This document shows positions 38,000 through 41,686 of a stretch of 41,686 bases of DNA, piece after piece. The stretch is taken from the NCBI GenBank assembly GCA_038328565.1, contig JBBQMC010000002.1, positions 1 to 41,686 on the forward strand, in the 5' to 3' direction. The notes beneath the pieces were generated by a model. That model was not told where the DNA came from and made no database searches. It was given only the letters and a program-made list of their open reading frames with translations. The DNA comes from Candidatus Limnocylindria bacterium. GTDB lineage: Bacteria; Chloroflexota; Limnocylindria; QHBO01. How positions within the stretch are numbered: position 1 is the stretch's first letter; each line of letters begins with the position of its first letter. Both the position numbers and the translations under genes were made by a program.

Positions 38000-39685
38000 A
38001 TGCTTCGACTCGCTCGGGCTCTCGGATTCCTCGCTCCGCTTGCGGTGGCGGGCACGGCCGTCACGGTGTCCGGCCTGCTCGGCATGGCGGAGCCGGGCCA
38101 GCGCGACCTGTTCCTCGTCTTCATGGCCCTCGCTGCCCTGGCCGGGATGACGAGCATGGCGCTCGCGGCGTGGAGCTACATGGGCTGGCGGCTCAACCGC
38201 CTGGCCGGGTCCCTCGAGGAGACCCTCGACAGTGACGCGCCGGTGCTCATCCGGGAGAGCGGCGTCCCGGCCGAGCGGCGCCTGGCGCGCGCGTTCAACG
38301 CGGCGTCGGGCGCATTCCTCCAGGTCGAGGCCCGCGCGACGCACGACCGGCTGACCGGGGTCGCGAACCGCGAGACGCTGCTCATCACGCTCGGGGCAGA
38401 GGTCGAGCGCGCGGCGCGCCACCATAAGCCACTTGCGGTGGCGTTCATCGACATCGACCGCTTCAAGCCGGTCAACGACACGTACGGCCATAACTCCGGC
38501 GACGCCGTCCTCCGCCAGGTCGCCTCGCTCGTCAGCGACAACGTGCGCGCCTCCGACCTCTTCGGCCGCTACGGCGGCGAGGAGTTCATGCTCATCCTTC
38601 CCGAGACGACCGTGGACGACGCGCTGATCCTGGCCGAGAAGCTGCGATCGATCGTGATGTCCGCACCGATGCGCATCGCGAACGGCCAGACAACGGCGAT
38701 CACGATCAGCGCCGGCATCGCCGGCGGCATCGGCGGCGAGCTCCAGGTCGATCGGCTCGTCGACCAGGCGGACGCCGCGATGTACGCGGCGAAGTCGCTC
38801 GGCCGCAACCGGACCTACATGTTCCGCGACCTCGACGACGAGTCACCGATCCGCCGCGCCCCGATCTCCGCCGAGCGGCGCGAGGCGGCATCGGCGATCG
38901 GGCGCTGGGCGAGCGATACCGCGACCCAGGCCCTTGCATCGGTCCTCGCCCCGCAGCCGCACCATCGCGGCAGGCCCTCCGACATGATCGCCTCGCTCGC
39001 GACGGGCATCGCACTCGAGATGGGCCTGCCGTCCGACGAGATCGAGCGCATCCGGATCGCGAGCCTGCTCCACGACCTCGGCAAGCTCGCCGTTCCGTCC
39101 GAGATCCTCGACAAGCCGACGAAGCTCACCGATGGCGAATGGCAGGCGATCGGCGAGCACCCGCGCATCGGCCAGGTCATCCTCGAGCAGGCATCGGGCC
39201 TGCGCGACGCGATCCCGGTCGTGCTCCACCACCACGAGCGCTACAACGGCGGCGGCTATCCGCATGGCCTGCGCGGCAACGAGATCCCGCTCGGGGCGCG
39301 CATCGTGGCGGTCGCCGACGCCTACCACGCCATGGTCCACGACCGACCCTACCAGGGGGCGCTGACGCACGAGCAGGCCCTCGCCGAGCTGAAGCGCAAC
39401 GCCGGCACCCAGTTCGATCCGCAGGTGGTCCGCCACTTCAGCGCGGTCTACGCCGAGGGCGTGCCGCCCGACGGGCTGGAGGAGGTCTACCGACTCCACG
39501 AGCGCGCGCGGGGTGGCCTACGACGCATCGACCCGCAGGCGGCGGCCGCCGTGCTCTTCGCGCAGGAGCGGCCCGCCGAGGCCGCCGAGGCGTCCGAGCC
39601 CGCCGAGGAGGACCCGGATGCCGGCGCGCCACGGCCGGCACGGCGACGCCGGCCGCGCGGCCAGGTCCGCGAGGCGGCAGGGTGA
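38000..39685 (+). CDS. Membrane-anchored diguanylate cyclase (GGDEF, with I-site) fused to an HD-GYP phosphodiesterase domain
   Basis: The ATG is preceded by GGAGAA. There are two TM helices with almost no external loop. The GGDEF domain reads DRLTGVANRE...FIDIDRFKPVNDTYGH..GD..L, with RASD five residues before GGEEF. The HD-GYP domain reads LLHDLGKLAVP...HPRIG...HHERYNGGGYP...ADAYHAM. Confidence 0.85.
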   Translation: MLRLARALGFLAPLAVAGTAVTVSGLLGMAEPGQRDLFLVFMALAALAGMTSMALAAWSYMGWRLNRLAGSLEETLDSDAPVLIRESGVPAERRLARAFNAASGAFLQVEARATHDRLTGVANRETLLITLGAEVERAARHHKPLAVAFIDIDRFKPVNDTYGHNSGDAVLRQVASLVSDNVRASDLFGRYGGEEFMLILPETTVDDALILAEKLRSIVMSAPMRIANGQTTAITISAGIAGGIGGELQVDRLVDQADAAMYAAKSLGRNRTYMFRDLDDESPIRRAPISAERREAASAIGRWASDTATQALASVLAPQPHHRGRPSDMIASLATGIALEMGLPSDEIERIRIASLLHDLGKLAVPSEILDKPTKLTDGEWQAIGEHPRIGQVILEQASGLRDAIPVVLHHHERYNGGGYPHGLRGNEIPLGARIVAVADAYHAMVHDRPYQGALTHEQALAELKRNAGTQFDPQVVRHFSAVYAEGVPPDGLEEVYRLHERARGGLRRIDPQAAAAVLFAQERPAEAAEASEPAEEDPDAGAPRPARRRRPRGQVREAAG

Positions 39686-40434
39686 GACGCGGCGGCCTGG
39701 CGGTCATCATCGCGATCGGTGCGGCGCTCTGCGGGGCGCCGTCCATCGCGCTCGGCGCGGGGCCGAGTGACACCGCCTCGCCCATCGTGCTGACGCCGCC
39801 GCCCGTCGTTGTTCCCTCGGTCAGTCTCGTCCCGAGTCCGCGCTCGACCGACATCGTGGCCGCGATCGCGACCGCGACCCCGGGCCCCGCCACCCCTGCA
39901 TCGGCGGCGGCACTCGTGACGGTCGCGCCGACGCCAGCCATGGCGCCGGCGGCGCCGAGCGCAGCCCCATCGGTCATCCATGCGGTGGGGACGACGACCC
40001 CGGCGCGTGCCGCGGAGAGCCTCGCGCCCGCTCCCGCGCCACGCGCGCCGAGCGCCGCACCCAGTGGCGAGACCGCCCCCACCACGGCGCCAACCGATGT
40101 CGACGGCAGCGCGGCCGCGCGCGCCAACCCGCCGGGCGCCTCGCCGTCGTCGGAGGCGGGGCCGGTCGGGATCGGCAACGCGCCATCGGCGACGTTCGGG
40201 GCGGTCGCCACCCTGGCCGCGATCACGCTGCTCGGCGCGTGGTGGCTCCTCGTCCTGCGTCGCCGGCGGCCCGTCCTCGTGCCGGATGTCGAGGCGACGA
40301 GCGCGCTGCTGAGCGAGCGCGCGATCCGGCGGGCACGCATGCGAACCGGCGGCGATCCGGTCATCGCCGCGCTCGGCATCGACGAGCCGGACGCCGGCTC
40401 CGGTGACGCGCGCGAGCCCCAGGAGAAGGGCTAG
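39682..40434 (+). CDS. Hypothetical signal-peptide protein, Pro/Ala/Ser/Thr-rich, with a C-terminal TM anchor and a basic cytoplasmic tail
   Basis: The GTG overlaps the upstream stop (GTGA). The signal is VRRGGLAVIIAIGAALCGAPSIALGA. A long low-complexity P/A/S/T region follows, then FGAVATLAAITLLGAWWLLVLRRRRP. GC3 is high. I recognise no family. Confidence 0.55.
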   Translation: MRRGGLAVIIAIGAALCGAPSIALGAGPSDTASPIVLTPPPVVVPSVSLVPSPRSTDIVAAIATATPGPATPASAAALVTVAPTPAMAPAAPSAAPSVIHAVGTTTPARAAESLAPAPAPRAPSAAPSGETAPTTAPTDVDGSAAARANPPGASPSSEAGPVGIGNAPSATFGAVATLAAITLLGAWWLLVLRRRRPVLVPDVEATSALLSERAIRRARMRTGGDPVIAALGIDEPDAGSGDAREPQEKG

Positions 40435-41686
40435 AAGGGCGTCTCCCAGGCGCCGCGCAGCTCGGCGAGCGAGGCCTCCGCCTCACCGATGCGCAGCATC
40501 CCGCCCGTCGCGCTTCCCAGCCGCCGCACGGCGACGCCGTGGTGTGTGGCAAGGTCCGTCAGCTCCGCCACGTCGGGGGGCGCAACGCTCGCGATCACGC
40601 GCCCCACCCGCTCACCGAACCATGCCGCCACGCTCGTCGGCAGCTCGACCGTCGCCCCGCGGCCGGAGGCGATCGCCATGCGCGCCAGCGCGACCGCCAG
40701 ACCGCCCACCGACGCGTCGTGCGCGCCGCGGATCAGGGCGCCGGCCGACGTCAGCAGCTCGACCACGCGCGCGACCGACGCCGCGTCGAGATGCGGCCGC
40801 CCGCCGGGGTGACCGTGCACCGCCGCCCACTCGCTGCCCGCCAGGGCCGCGGGGTCGTCGCCGAGCTCGCCCAGCAGCCAGAGCTCGTCGCCCTCGCGCC
40901 ACGCCATCGGTCGGGCGTTCGATCGGTCGTCGAGGAGCCCGACCATGCCGATGACCGGGGTGGGCAGGATCGGTCCATCCGCCGTCTCGTTGTAGAGGCT
41001 GACGTTGCCAGACACGACCGGGATGCCGAGCGCGCCGCACGCGTCGGAGATGCCGCCGACGACCTCGGCCAGCCGCCAGTAGCCCTCTGCCGGCTCTGGT
41101 GAGCCGAGGTTGAGGCAATTCGTGAGCCCGATCGGGCGCGCCCCGCTGCACGAGACGTTGATCGCGGCCTCGCAGACGGCCGAGACGGCCGCCAGCCGCG
41201 GGTCGAGCACGCCGAGGCGCGCGGGCGACGGGCCATCCATGGCGAGCGCGATCGCGCGCGGCGTGCCCTTCACGCGGAGCAGCGCGGGGTCGCCGGCACC
41301 GGGCGCGACCAGCGTGTTGGTGCCGTTCATGTGGTCGTAGCGGCGCCAGATCGGCTTTCGACTGCGCGCGTTCGGGCTGCCGAGGAGGGCGAGCAGATCG
41401 GTGACCGACGGCGATTCCGCGGCAACAGCTCCCAGGTCGACGGCGCGCAGCGCCTCCAGCCCGGCCGGCGAGGCCTGGGGCAGGACGTAGCGCGGCGCCT
41501 CGTCGGCGAGCGCCAGGCCGGGGACTTCGCAGACGAGCTCGCCACCGGCTCGGCAGCGCACGACCGGCTCGTCGATGACGGTCCCGATCCGCATCGCATG
41601 GAGGTCATACCGCTCGAACACCGCCTCCACCTCCGGCTCCCGCCCGGCGCGAACGACGATCAGCATCCGCTCCTGGCTCTCGCTGA
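40431..41686 (-). CDS. purL: Phosphoribosylformylglycinamidine synthase subunit PurL (C-terminal about 418 codons; the 5' part lies beyond the right edge)
   Basis: The frame continues to the window edge as ..SESQERMLIVV (a conserved PurL block). Further on are RRYDHMNGTNT, GLTNCLNLGSPE, GIPVVSGNVSLYNE and HDASVGGLAVALA. The stop overlaps the convergent gene stop (CTAG). Confidence 0.9.
   Translation of the reverse strand, partial: SESQERMLIVVRAGREPEVEAVFERYDLHAMRIGTVIDEPVVRCRAGGELVCEVPGLALADEAPRYVLPQASPAGLEALRAVDLGAVAAESPSVTDLLALLGSPNARSRKPIWRRYDHMNGTNTLVAPGAGDPALLRVKGTPRAIALAMDGPSPARLGVLDPRLAAVSAVCEAAINVSCSGARPIGLTNCLNLGSPEPAEGYWRLAEVVGGISDACGALGIPVVSGNVSLYNETADGPILPTPVIGMVGLLDDRSNARPMAWREGDELWLLGELGDDPAALAGSEWAAVHGHPGGRPHLDAASVARVVELLTSAGALIRGAHDASVGGLAVALARMAIASGRGATVELPTSVAAWFGERVGRVIASVAPPDVAELTDLATHHGVAVRRLGSATGGMLRIGEAEASLAELRGAWETPF

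Overview
41.7-kb chromosomal window, very GC-rich by eye (third codon positions almost all G/C). This explains the many long Arg/Ala/Gly-rich shadow ORFs in the six-frame track. All calls come from motif recognition in the translations; no database search was run. I support 32 protein genes (26 minus strand, 6 plus strand). I saw no tRNA, rRNA, CRISPR, transposase or integrase. Real starts were mostly fixed by 4-nt stop/start overlaps (ATGA/GTGA).

Layout from left to right:
(1) A minus-strand nucleotide-sugar operon. It holds a partial GT2 polyprenol-phosphate glycosyltransferase that is absent from the ORF track, a WbpA/WecC-like dehydrogenase, a Gfo/Idh/MocA oxidoreductase, a WecB/WbpI-like 2-epimerase and a WbpD/WlbB-like acetyltransferase.
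(2) Four secreted enzymes, each ending in exactly three CWB2 cell-wall-binding modules. Their N-terminal heads are an S8 subtilase, a CAP/SCP domain, a GH18 domain and an unassigned domain with a clan-CD-like His/Cys pattern. These genes are interleaved with rdgB-rph and a compact GT4, and lie directly downstream of mreB-mreC.
(3) A complete GlgE alpha-glucan pathway: glgB, then glgE-treS-mak-glgX-malQ. The operon ends with an odd XRE-HTH protein fused to a PD-(D/E)xK nuclease-like domain.
(4) A PQQ-type sugar dehydrogenase lipoprotein, radC, a CPBP intramembrane protease and a double-zinc-ribbon membrane protein.
(5) The purine genes purL / purF-purM-purN. They are interrupted by an opposite-strand three-gene module (small membrane protein, GGDEF+HD-GYP enzyme, Pro/Ala-rich anchored protein). 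A repeat-laden 217-bp purM-purN spacer also interrupts them.

The most interesting points are the Cwp-like CWB2 surface-display locus with its candidate ligand-polymer genes, the clan-CD-like head domain, the HTH-nuclease fusion and the purM-purN repeat array.
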